A stretch of DNA of 63,905 nt, the filler included, from Octopus bimaculoides (Eukaryota): NCBI RefSeq assembly GCF_001194135.2. It is 6 parts of 6 records of this genome, joined end to end, with 100 filler letters (N's around TTAATTAATTAA, not from the genome) between each part and the next. Parts side by side here need not be neighbours in the genome. Positions count along the whole stretch, not along the records: positions 30,288 to 46,005 come from NC_068995.1; positions 46,106 to 49,380 come from NC_068999.1; positions 49,481 to 60,309 come from NC_068996.1; 3 more parts are not named here. The stretch is one strand, 5' to 3'. Both the position numbers and the translations under genes were made by a program. Positions 41,162 through 51,989 of this stretch are shown piece after piece; the stretch's first letter is position 1, and each line of letters starts with the position of its first letter. The notes under the pieces were generated by a model, which saw only the letters and a list, made by a program, of their open reading frames with translations, ran no database searches and was not told the origin of the DNA.

Positions 41162-42994
41162 ATAAAGCCTTTTGCGTCTGTCACCCGCTCATGGATACCA
41201 GAAGACCTTCAACTTGCTAAAGTTACAGTGAGCATAGGTCCATAGGTCAAAGCCATGACTGATCTACCTCCATTGTGAGTGATTGTATAATCACTAATAG
41301 AATACAGTATCGCAGAGAATATATTCTGAGGGATAGCCTCTTTGTGATGTTTATACTTTCTGTAAGCCCCTTGTCATTGATGTGAAGGAAGTCTGAAGGA
41401 TATCTCACTGGTTCACAAGGAAACAGAAATACCAAAATTACACATTGCTTCTTTGGGAATGACTTGAAATTATATGCAAAGAATATGCATGAGATGGAAA
41501 AAAGAGCATTGCCCTGGTGACGATATTCTTAAAGGATACAGAGTTGGAGTTTGATCAGGATCAATCAATGTTGCTATATGATTGTGAAAAGACTAGCAGC
41601 ATCTCCATCAATGACTTAATTGTTTTATCCTATATCTGATAAGGAATGTTACATGTACCAAGAGATGGAGGAAAACATATCTTACGATGGCACCTGTAAC
41701 AAGACACGGTCACTAAAGAATATTACAACTGAATAAAGAAAATATGGACCTCGGAACTCTCTGCATTCAATTAAACAGTGGCCCACAATATGTTTGCAAT
41801 GCCAATACTCATACCAACATTTGGGCTACTTGATTCGACGCTTGATAAAATCCGAGCCATTGATGTGGAAACCCGGAAGATACTAACCAGTACATATAAG
41901 TTCCACATAAACAGTGATGTAAGCCACTTGTACCTATAACGAGAACAAAATGACAGAGCCTTAACTTTGATCCAGACTGCTTTGAACGTCGTATCTTATC
42001 CCTTCGGCAACATCTTTTAACAACCAAGTGTCGAAGTGCATTCCTTGACCAAGTTTGCACACATGAGGCTGATAACATCATGAAACTTGGAAAGCAACCC
42101 TTGAGCGGCGTTGTCTGATTGCCTTAAATACATACTCAAAGAAGTTGCACGACTCTACCGCAACGTATCATAAGATGAAAGGATGAGAATATATGAGCAG
42201 AAGATCATGCATGGATATGTTAGTAGAAGTCTCCGAGATGATAGTAACATTGATCATCAAAGCAGTCTATCATGGACCAATAACCCTTTGAAGGGTAGGC
42301 GTTTGTAATCCAGGAACAGGAAATATCAACCAAATTCCTGATGCACAAAAGGAACAGAGACGCAAGAAGAGCAGCAAAATGTGATAACCGATGCAAACTT
42401 TGTGGAATTAACACCGAAGATATCACTCACATCAAAAGCAGTTGTCATCACGGTATTGTCTACCGTTGAGACATGATGTTACAGTTAAGACACTGTATAA
42501 TGAAATCAGCTGGAAAGAACACCCTGCAGTCAATGAAGTAAGATCCCACTGTATGGTAGAAGCCATAGTCACTCATAATAAAAAAGATTATTGGTGGAAT
42601 GTCCCAGAGACAGCTTCAACAAAATGTAATCATAATAGACCTGACATAGGGATTTGGGATTTGGGATTGGTATAGGGAAGAGAACCTGGGTACAGTTGTG
42701 GAATCATCTGTCCAGCAGATGTTAGCATAAAGCTAAAGATCAACGAAAAAGAGAATACCCACGCTGAACTGCTGAGAAATCTACAGTTACTCTATCCAGA
42801 TTACAAGCTCAGGTATATAACTGTAATTGTTGGGACACTGTGATATGTAACACCGACTAAACACCAACCGTGAGAAATTAGGCTTCTCAAAGTCAGAAAG
42901 GAGGAGGCTGATTCGAAGACTACGGATTTAAGCCCGCACTGGAAATGTAAAAATCTGTAAAACTTTCCAGAAGTTTATCACTTAAGGAGTTTAT
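41162..42994 (+). mobile_element. R4/Dong-clade retrotransposon, ~1.8-kb 5'-truncated degenerate copy (RT C-half, CCHC, RLE)
   Basis: FFGNDLKLYAK (degenerate YMDDLKLY), VIQEQEISTKFL, CKLCGINTEDITHIKSSC, YWWNVP..HNRPDI. Flanked by (TACA)n/(GACA)n and (CATA)n. Confidence 0.88.
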
Positions 42995-43124
42995 CATACA
43001 TACATACATGCATGCATGCAAGCATACATACATACATACATACATACATACATACATACATACATACATACACATGCATGTACGTGTGTATGTATGTACG
43101 TATGTATGTATGTAAGCAAATATG

Positions 43125-43260
43125 TACCACCGAATTTGCACAAAAACCTAGAAACGCTCAGTTTCACGGAGAATGAGAAAAAGAAACTGATGCGGATTCT
43201 CCAGATCCAATTTATTTTTGGTACAGTGAAGATTTGTAACACATTCTAAAAATTCTCCAT
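43125..43260 (+). mobile_element. R4/Dong-clade extreme 3' fragment
   Basis: LHKNLETLSFTENEKKKLMRILQIQFIFGTVKICNTF* resembles the C-termini of the two upstream copies. Confidence 0.75.
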
Positions 43261-43699
43261 CTCAGATCTTACACTTGGGTGTAAGCACCGACAGTTGAAT
43301 CAACAAACCAACCCAACCACATATTTACAAACACCGACAACTCCGCATAGTTTCTGTTTATCAAATTCACTCATAAAACTTTAGTCGCCCCAGAGCTACA
43401 ATAGAAAATACTTGCCCAAGATACCACGCAAAGGAACTGAAGTAGAAACCACTTGATTGCACAGCAAACTCCTTAATCACACAGCAGTGTTTGTGCTTAT
43501 CACCTAGATAATTTCTGAGTTCATACCTAAAGGAATTCGCATCAGGTGAGTTACTTCGGACCAAACATCAACATGTTGTTTACCACCGCAAAAAAAAAAA
43601 AAAAGAAAATTTGAACATTTTACTTAAAAGAAAACAGAATGCCTCATTCAAAAATAGAAGTATTTGAAAACGTCAAAAAGTATCAACTCCATAAAAGCT

Positions 43700-44466
43700 G
43701 GGAGATAACAATTTACTCCAAATAGCCGCCTTAGCTTCCACTATGGCTTCAAGAGGGCTCCGAAACCTTGCGCATATGTTCTTCACTATCTTCTTTGGAA
43801 GATCTTCGAGCAACGTCTTAATCTTGGCTTCCAACTTGGCCAGGATGTTGACGCCTTTCTCAAACGTGCCCTATGCATTGTAGTAATCAATAGGATTGCA
43901 ATTGTTGGAATTAAGAGGCTAGAAACTGGGGTTTGGTGAAGTCGTAGAAATTCTCCGACAACCACTTCTGACTCTTTCCGGAGGTAGGGCAATGTACTGA
44001 GTCCTGCTACCTCACATATGGCTTTCCAGCAGCAACCCTCTCCAGCCAGGGGCTGACCAAGTTTCTAGCAGCTTCATATAGCCGTCTGAATTGAACATAA
44101 GCTCCTATTCAAAGGTGTGGGGCAGCATGACGTCACTGGAGACACACTCAAAGACCACCACTATTTGGACAAACTTGGTATTCATGATGATGTTCATGTC
44201 ACTCCTACAGCCGTTACAGTGTTCACAGAGCATTGAACAACAGTCATGGTGTCGGCATTTTAATACCCGGTGCGACTCATCACGATGCTAGTAACTCCTC
44301 TCCAATATTCGGGTGGCTTCCAGTCCTCTACGTCGACTAATTTTTTCTCAAGTACAACTTTAATCTTTATGCTCCCCAACGCTTTTGGCTGTCCACAAAT
44401 ACATCGGGCTATTCCTGAAAAAGGGGGGCATAAAATAGGATCAAATTTAACCCGAACACTTTGTAC
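43700..44466 (-). mobile_element. Tc1/mariner maT-like (DD37D) transposase remnant, one terminus visible
   Basis: Minus-strand translation gives TKFVQIVVVFECVSS-DVMLPH, QDSVHCPTSGKSQKWLSENFYDFT, P(L)NSNNCNPIDYY and RFRSPLEAIVEAK. The D (44001-44003) to D (43886-43888) distance is 112 nt, i.e. 37 codons plus a 1-nt insertion. Terminal TACAAAGTGTTCGGGTTAAA at 44466. Confidence 0.85.
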
Positions 44467-45204
44467 ATACACACAATCATAAGTAACTATCTAAATAATG
44501 TATATATTCCAATAAAACAACTTTGTTTCTGGATTAGAAACCGACTCTTTTCTCTATTGGTGAAAGGTTAAAATTTAGCTCAGAAAATATGCATAGGAAA
44601 ACAAATCAGAAGACCTTACATGTGAATAGACATATAAGCGTATCTATATATGAAAAGAACCATACAAACGTTTGTGCATGTGTGAGTATTTCTTTTTGTG
44701 TTATTGTGTTTGTGTCAGTACCTGATTTCATCTGGGTATAGCTAGGTGTTTTAGTATGAATAACTGAATAAGTATTTGTGTAAGCCGGATTTTTTAGAGT
44801 CTGTTTGCGTGCGCGCACATGTGTGTGCGTATGCATCTGTATATATATGTGTTTGTTTGTGTATGTGTGTATGTGAACGTTTGTCTGTAAACATACAGCA
44901 AGCATATATGAATATATATAAATATACGTATGGATGCATACGCGCACGCACACACAGATACAAACGCGCGCGCACATATACACACACAGACACACGTATG
45001 AATATATATATATATATGTTATTAGTATATATATATATATTAATCAACTCTGAGGATTTAAATATGAATGATATAAGACATTTACAAACACTAATTCTTT
45101 CCCATGGGAGGCCTTATTTTCTTCCAGATTAATATATGTATAAGTATGTGCTTGTCTTTCTTTCACTCTCTCTCTCTCACTCTCTCCCACTCTATCTCTC
45201 TCTA

Positions 45205-45249
<45 letters not shown>

Positions 45250-45385
45250 CTGTATGTATATTATGTAATAGACATATAATACATCTATATATATCGTATA
45301 ACACTATATACTTGTATATTGAGAAAGAGAGAGAGAGAAAGGAAGAGAGAGAGAGGAAGAGAGAAAAGAAGAGAGAGAAAGAAGA

Positions 45386-45447
<62 letters not shown>

Positions 45448-46005
45448 ATATACTTTTATATGAAAGAGAGAAAACGAGAAAGAAAGAGAGCTTGTTAGGC
45501 GTGTTGTAATATCTGAATACTGAATGCTGAAAGGTTGAAAGTCAGTTTGTCGACATCTCAATGTACAACAAAGGAATTGTGAACCAATGTATTGTTATGG
45601 TAATACAGAACTTAATGTTTGAACAATCTACACCTTCTCATCGTCTTCACTTCTTCAACTAAATGATGCATCAAGTCTTTATACTAAGGATCAGTGACAG
45701 TCTTAATAAGAAGTCCACTAATAATATACAATTCCGTTAACAGAATACTGACATTGAATTCTTATGAGCGAATCTTGTGGTCTTTGATCGTTTTGTCTCG
45801 AAGTTTACTTGGATATTTCAATCGTTTAGTCTTTATAGTGTTGTCTAGATTTTAATAACAATCTAATGTTTCATGTACAGTTCATTGAAATGAGTATTCT
45901 TCTTCACTGCCAACGATTTAGTGGTCATTCATAAAAAGAAGTAGAGAGAGAGAGAGAGAGAGTGAGAGAGAGAGAGAAAGAAAGAAAGAGAGAGGGGGAG
46001 GGGGG

Positions 46006-46105
46006 NNNNNNNNNNNNNNNNNNNNNNNNNNNNNNNNNNNNNNNNNNNNTTAATTAATTAANNNNNNNNNNNNNNNNNNNNNNNNNNNNNNNNNNNNNNN
46101 NNNNN
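46006..46105. other. Artificial scaffold linker
   Basis: N44-TTAATTAATTAA-N44. Confidence 0.97.
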
Positions 46106-47457
46106 TATATATATATTCACGCATACACACCGTCATAACGCAGTAGATATACAGAATACTACACTAATTAAGAACAATGATAGTATATAATTAACATAAT
46201 TATTTCAACTCTAATGAACTAATGATAACAATTGAAAATATTTATGTTTACATATTTCCTGTTTTTGCCGTGTGATTTTTGATCTCCGACATTCATAACA
46301 GCCAAATATTTTAATTATAATTCAATACTAAATTCCAATTTAATATACAGCTCACCTATCTGTAAGTAGGTATCATAGGGTGGCATAATTCACCAAACTA
46401 AACATCCACTACAGGGTAGCACTGTCTGCCTAAGTTTTAATTAGCAGAGCAATGGGTGGTGGAGTTCACCGCAGTCAGCAGGTACTACCGAGTCGTACGG
46501 TGTACCTTAGTTGTAAGTAGACGCCATAGCGAGTGTATAATTCACCGATGTTAAGTGGATGAAGTAGGGCTTTGAAATCAGGTAGTACAGCATAACTTAC
46601 TTCATTGTAAGTATGTACCAGTGCGTATATGAAGTGGATGTGTGGCTATAATTAATTACCAAAAGCAGCTACTGTCGAGATATACAATCAATGAAGGTTT
46701 AAGTTTTTGTTATTCCCAATGTTAATGAAGCCTTATTCCTGTAAATCTAAGCTCAAAATCCTTACAGGTTTACTCGTCCTGCCTTTGCTTAAGGTAAAGG
46801 GCCACCTTATCTTGAATACATCTTTCTTTCTAAGACGGTATGATGTGATTTGAGATTTGCTGCTCTTTCTAAAACACCGAGGGACCGGCAAAAATATACT
46901 CACCAGTTTTAATGGACAATTTTGAGCCATTCACGCTGACGTGTATGTCACATCGCAGAAGCATTCTCACTTTGTCTGAGTGACTGCCCAGCTAAGAAAG
47001 AAAAAAGGCTTTAAGAGACCGGCAAATGGCACACTCGTTGACTCTAAACGGCTTCCTACAGGCATAGTCGAAGGCATCAAGTGAAGCACTATCATTGACT
47101 ATATCTTAACTAATGCGATTTACTACTGTAAGCATACGTCAGTTGTAACTGACAATTATCTTGCTAGCGCTGGCAGTGCTAAGTTCAATTCCTTCTGCAA
47201 TGAAAGGCTACTTACTTTAAACTAGCGCCTCATTCAATATCAAGTTTTTCTGCCATTTACTTAAGCCTACGTGAAGTGGAGATAAAAAACGGGAATATCA
47301 ATCGTTGCGTTCTCTGAGAAAAGAAACAATGGGTTTATCTTCCACCAATCGATGAATCAAAATGCACATACATAGTTTCTTTTTCTCTCTCCCTCTCCCT
47401 CTCTGCAAGACACGTGTGTGTGTGTGTGTGTGTATGTGTGTGTGTGTGTATGTGTGT

Positions 47458-47504
<47 letters not shown>

Positions 47505-48331
47505 CATAAACTAGGCCTCTATAAATTCCATGCGCAATTTAAAATATTTGTAGATTTGTAACTATACATGATAGAACTGAATTACACACGGACTTCATAG
47601 ACACTCGNNNNNNNNNNNNNNNNNNNNNNNNNNNNNNNNNNNNNNNNNNNNNNNNNNNNNNNNNNNNNNNNNNNNNNNNNNNNNNNNNNNNNNNNNNNNN
47701 NNNNNNNNNNNNNNNNNNNNNNNNNNNNNNNNNNNNNNNNNNNNNNNNNNNNNNNNNNNNNNNNNNNNNNNNNNNNNNNNNNNNNNNNNNNNNNNNNNNN
47801 NNNNNNNNNNNNNNNNNNNNNNNNNNNNNNNNNNNNNNNNNNNNNNNNNNNNNNNNNNNNNNNNNNNNNNNNNNNNNNNNNNNNNNNNNNNNNNNNNNNN
47901 NNNNNNNNNNNNNNNNNNNNNNNNNNNNNNNNNNNNNNNNNNNNNNNNNNNNNNNNNNNNNNNNNNNNNNNNNNNNNNNNNNNNNNNNNNNNNNNNNNNN
48001 NNNNNNNNNNNNNNNNNNNNNNNNNNNNNNNNNNNNNNNNNNNNNNNNNNNNNNNNNNNNNNNNNNNNNNNNNNNNNNNNNNNNNNNNNNNNNNNNNNNN
48101 NNNNNNNNNNNNNNNNNNNNNNNNNNNNNNNNNNNNNNNNNNNNNNNNNNNNNNNNNNNNNNNNNNNNNNNNNNNNNNNNNNNNNNNNNNNNNNNNNNNN
48201 NNNNNNNNNNNNNNNNNNNNNNNNNNNNNNNNNNNNNNNNNNNNNNNNNNNNNNNNNNNNNNNNNNNNNNNNNNNNNNNNNNNNNNNNNNNNNNNNNNNN
48301 NNNNNNNNNNNNNNNNNNNNNNNNNNNNNNN

Positions 48332-48366
<35 letters not shown>

Positions 48367-48504
48367 ATATAAATATATATGTATATGTATATATATATAT
48401 GTATATATATCTGTATGTATGTATTAATAAAAACAAGCGAAAAATGCGATAAAGTGCGAGAAAAGCCAACAAAAAAACAACACACATATACACACATACG
48501 GAAA

Positions 48505-48535
<31 letters not shown>

Positions 48536-48864
48536 GCATACACGTAAACACCCCTTTATCACAACAACAACAGTAATAATAAAATCACAAACAAAAACAA
48601 AGAAAAAAGACTAAAACAGAAGCAAAAAAGGAAACAACTGCACAAAAAATATGAGAGAAGGAACTCGCCAGAATCGTTCTGGCTGTCCAAGTGTGTTTAG
48701 ATTTGTTCTAATTAAAACGTAGATGGCGCCGCTTGTCTGTTGTGACGGCTAATGCAGTCGGTGATGGTGTCTTGAACAAACATGTAACATGTAGAATCAA
48801 AACAAGTGTTGGGCACACACTATCAATGAACCATGCACCGTTCGTCTTCATAATACAAAAACCC

Positions 48865-49110
48865 ACTACCACCATTGCCATCAGCATCACCGTCTTCACC
48901 AGCACCACCATCATCACCAGCACCGTCATCGCCACTGCCATCATCACCGTCATCTTCTCATCCTTGCGCATCATCATCAGCATCACCGTCAGTACCGTTG
49001 TTTTTAAACATCATCACCATCATCATCATCATCATCATCACCATAACCATCATCATCATCATCATCATCATCATCGTCAGGGGCGGCATCAGCAGCAGCA
49101 GCAGCTTAGG
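48865..49110. repeat. (CAT/CAC/CAG)n trinucleotide low-complexity tract
   Basis: Near-pure (CAT)n at about 49009-49075 with degenerate flanks. Confidence 0.9.
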
Positions 49111-49380
49111 CGGCAACAGTATCAACATCCTACGTCTTCACGTATTCACTACTCGCATCTTGCATCTTTGCATCTTGCATCTCTTGTAACACTAGTAATT
49201 AAGGTTCCTATATATAATATATATAGTTTCTTGAGGTATATATACGTGTGTGTGCGAGTGTGTTTATATATGTATGCATGTATAATACATACATACATAT
49301 ACACACACATACACACACACACATATATATACATATAAACATATAAATTTATATTTATATATATATATATATATATATAT

Positions 49381-49480
49381 NNNNNNNNNNNNNNNNNNNN
49401 NNNNNNNNNNNNNNNNNNNNNNNNTTAATTAATTAANNNNNNNNNNNNNNNNNNNNNNNNNNNNNNNNNNNNNNNNNNNN
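49381..49480. other. Artificial scaffold linker
   Basis: N44-TTAATTAATTAA-N44. Confidence 0.97.
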
Positions 49481-49994
49481 GTGCTTGATCGACTGGTTGT
49501 GGAAAACTGGTCGAGCGACGTCCGGGTACTGTTTCAGTACTGTGACGAGTCGTTGTTGAGAGCAATATGGTTGGGCTGACTGTGGCCATACGAGCGGCTA
49601 TACCGCGCACAGTAAGCTGTGTGGTGCTGTCGACAAGTCGTCTGTTTTGTATGTCTACTAGGAGACCGAAATGATGGAGGAAATCGGCTCCTAAGATAGG
49701 GGTCGGCAGTTTGGCGATGACAAATACCCACTGGAAGGTGCGGCATAGTCCCAAGTTCAGCGTTCGGGACTGTTCACCGTAGGTTTGAATCGGCGAGTGA
49801 TTAACTGCCTGAAGACAGACTGGTGTCTCCTTTCGTTTTCCTGAAATGCTGGAAACAGGGATTACGTTGACTTCCGCGCCGGTGTCAACCAGGAAACGTG
49901 TGTCTGTTACACGATCGCAAACGAAAAACAGGCGACTTTGTGGGTGCGAACTAGGAACTTCCGTCGCATTCAGTTCCCGGCTGTACCGTTTCCC
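49481..49994 (-). pseudogene. pol: Gypsy Pol N-terminus (aspartic protease), -1 frame relative to gag; frameshift lesion near 49540-49570; RT not in the contig
   Basis: FLVDTGAEVNVIP and ILGADFLHHFGLLVD protease motifs. The conserved-looking continuation VLKQYPDVARPVFHNQSIKH lies in a different frame. Confidence 0.88.
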
Positions 49995-50842
49995 GAACTG
50001 GGTGATGTGAATGAGCATGGGGTGGTACATTTCCGCGCCTGTATTCCGAACTTGCGGTGGTACCAACACGTGTCGTGTGAGTTGCGGGTAGCACTGGGAC
50101 TGCGGGATCGTCTACCATATCGATGCGCTCGGCTGCTGCTTCGGCGCTGGTTACCAAGCGATAGGGTCTGTATTTGGGTTGTGAGGGTCTGTATTTGTGC
50201 GGCTTGCTGCGTCATTAATGAACGCAAGTCCGCAATTTCAGAAGAACTGGTCGGCGAAAGGAAAGGATTGGTAGTGGGAGCGGCTGGCGTCACCGTCGAC
50301 GCTGTGGAAAACCTATGTGGTACCACGGCTATTTTGTCCGCTAGCTCTGCCAGTTCCTCAATGGATGTGGATTCTCGTATGGAAGCGAGAACCACCTGTG
50401 TGTTGGAGGGTAGACGCTGGAGAAAAAGCTGCTTGAACACTTTGTCGGGGAGGCTCTCATCTCCAAGAAGCTGCTTCATTTTTCGTAGAAACTGGGAAGG
50501 CGTTCTGTCGCTCAATTCTTCCGATGTCAGAAGTTGGTGAAGTTGCTCGGAACTTCTGTTTATTAGTGTCGTTTTGAAGGTGTTGTACGACACAGAACCG
50601 TGTGGTGCCATAATGAGATCGCGGACGACGTTCATGATCTCTGGTGATAGAGAACCGATTACATGCGACAGTCGAGACGCATCGCTCAGTACTCGGTGAG
50701 AAGAAAATTGGGCTTCTATGTGGTGGAACCATAATGCAGGGTCGTGCGTCCAGAATGGGGGAATTCTCCACGTAATCGCCGCTTGAAATGTCATGTCGGT
50801 AGGTGATGGATTCACCGCTGGATTCGGTTCTGGAAAAGCCAT
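49970..50842 (-). CDS. gag: Gypsy Gag (290 aa from the first visible ATG; the frame is open up to the gap)
   Basis: RIPPFWTHDPALWFHHIEAQF capsid-like motif, LGDRTPSQ-like ELSDRTPSQFLRKM, FLQRLP, and a C-terminal CWYHRKFGIQARKCTTPC (CHCC motif typical of the CsRn1 clade). Confidence 0.93.
   Translation of the reverse strand: MAFPEPNPAVNPSPTDMTFQAAITWRIPPFWTHDPALWFHHIEAQFSSHRVLSDASRLSHVIGSLSPEIMNVVRDLIMAPHGSVSYNTFKTTLINRSSEQLHQLLTSEELSDRTPSQFLRKMKQLLGDESLPDKVFKQLFLQRLPSNTQVVLASIRESTSIEELAELADKIAVVPHRFSTASTVTPAAPTTNPFLSPTSSSEIADLRSLMTQQAAQIQTLTTQIQTLSLGNQRRSSSRAHRYGRRSRSPSATRNSHDTCWYHRKFGIQARKCTTPCSFTSPSSGNGTAGN
49988..49994 (-). promoter_or_regulatory. -1 programmed ribosomal frameshift slippery site G GGA AAC
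   Basis: The gag frame reads TCG GGA AAC GGT, an X XXY YYZ heptamer in register 6 codons before the gag stop. A -1 slip enters the protease frame (GKRYSRELNAT). Confidence 0.8.
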
Positions 50843-51182
50843 GGTGTTCGCAGGAAATCTCAGTTGGTTTGTTGNNNNNNNNNNNNNNNNNNNNNNNNNN
50901 NNNNNNNNNNNNNNNNNNNNNNNNNNNNNNNNNNNNNNNNNNNNNNNNNNNNNNNNNNNNNNNNNNNNNNNNNNNNNNNNNNNNNNNNNNNNNNNNNNNN
51001 NNNNNNNNNNNNNNNNNNNNNNNNNNNNNNNNNNNNNNNNNNNNNNNNNNNNNNNNNNNNNNNNNNNNNNNNNNNNNNNNNNNNNNNNNNNNNNNNNNNN
51101 NNNNNNNNNNNNNNNNNNNNNNNNNNNNNNNNNNNNNNNNNNNNNNNNNNNNNNNNNNNNNNNNNNNNNNNNNNNNNNNNNN

Positions 51183-51284
51183 TCAGTCGCGCGCATCACA
51201 GTCTCCGTCCGTCTGTTTTTGTCTGTTGTTGACCACTCTATTTATATGAATCGTGGCAGCTAGAAGGACATACATACTGCAACA
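51183..51284 (-). repeat. Putative 5' LTR start with TATA box (TATAAATA at 51239-51246)
   Basis: The minus strand begins TGTTGCAG, followed by a TATA box and an R-like region running into the gap upstream of gag. The 3' LTR is not present, so the boundary cannot be confirmed. Confidence 0.55.
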
Positions 51285-51989
51285 GAGTTTGTACCTAAAT
51301 AGGTCAGTTGCTGTCCAGTTGAACTTCGCCTGACATTATAAGGTCGAAGGTTAAAGGGAGATCATTAATCACTTTTTGACAGGACAAAGAAAACCTGTTT
51401 TTCGCGCCTGTTGATTGTGGTGGTTTGGAACCGAGAATTCTTAGATTCGGTTTCGAATCTAGGCTTGGAGAAGGAAGTGTAAATTTTTATAGAGTTGGTC
51501 GATTTCATCGTCCCCAGCATTCAGCTGGTGGATCTATTTCAAAACGGGGGCACCAGTATTTTCTTAACGAAGCACTAACGAAACACTTTGAAACTTGGGA
51601 CACTGGTAGAATGTGTCATATAAAACATCTTTTACTCTTAGTCTTCTTAACAAAAAAAACGTACATCGCAAGTTATTCCATGTTAAAGTTGTCGTATTTC
51701 TGTAATTTCAACCAATCACTGACGTCTATTCAGCTGAATAGAGTTACTGTTAGGCGGTCATAAAAATGTTATTCCCTGTGACATATTTCAACCGGTTTAA
51801 TCGTAATTTATACGCATATATTGTTTATATAATAAATTACGCTGAAATGTGAAGATGCAGTAACCATCCCAGTTGAAAGTGGAGATCTCCACAATAGTAA
51901 AAGAGTGTGAATGTAACTGAACATGAAGAACAAAAACAGAATAAGAATAAAGATTAACAGAGGGACCAGTAATTAATTACCCATAAAAG

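Larger units (their letters stand above)
49481..51284 (-). mobile_element. Ty3/Gypsy LTR retrotransposon (CsRn1-like), 5' portion; truncated by the linker at 49480 and interrupted by gap 50875-51182
   Basis: Intact gag, protease ORF in the -1 frame, and a putative 5' LTR beginning TGTTGCAG at 51284 with TATAAATA. CpG-rich, suggesting a young copy. Confidence 0.92.

Noticed and set aside
48733-49338. 201-aa poly-His ORF and overlapping frames
   Set aside because: Explained by a (CAT/CAC)n tract running into a (TA/CA) microsatellite. No domain or splice support.
49938-50771. ORFs 49938-50540 (+), 49951-50157, 50457-50771 and 49534-49746
   Set aside because: Antisense or alternative-frame shadows of the GC-rich gag/pol sequence.
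51442-51461. Perfect 8-bp hairpin TAGATTCG-GTTT-CGAATCTA
   Set aside because: Short enough to arise by chance in 64 kb, with no context.
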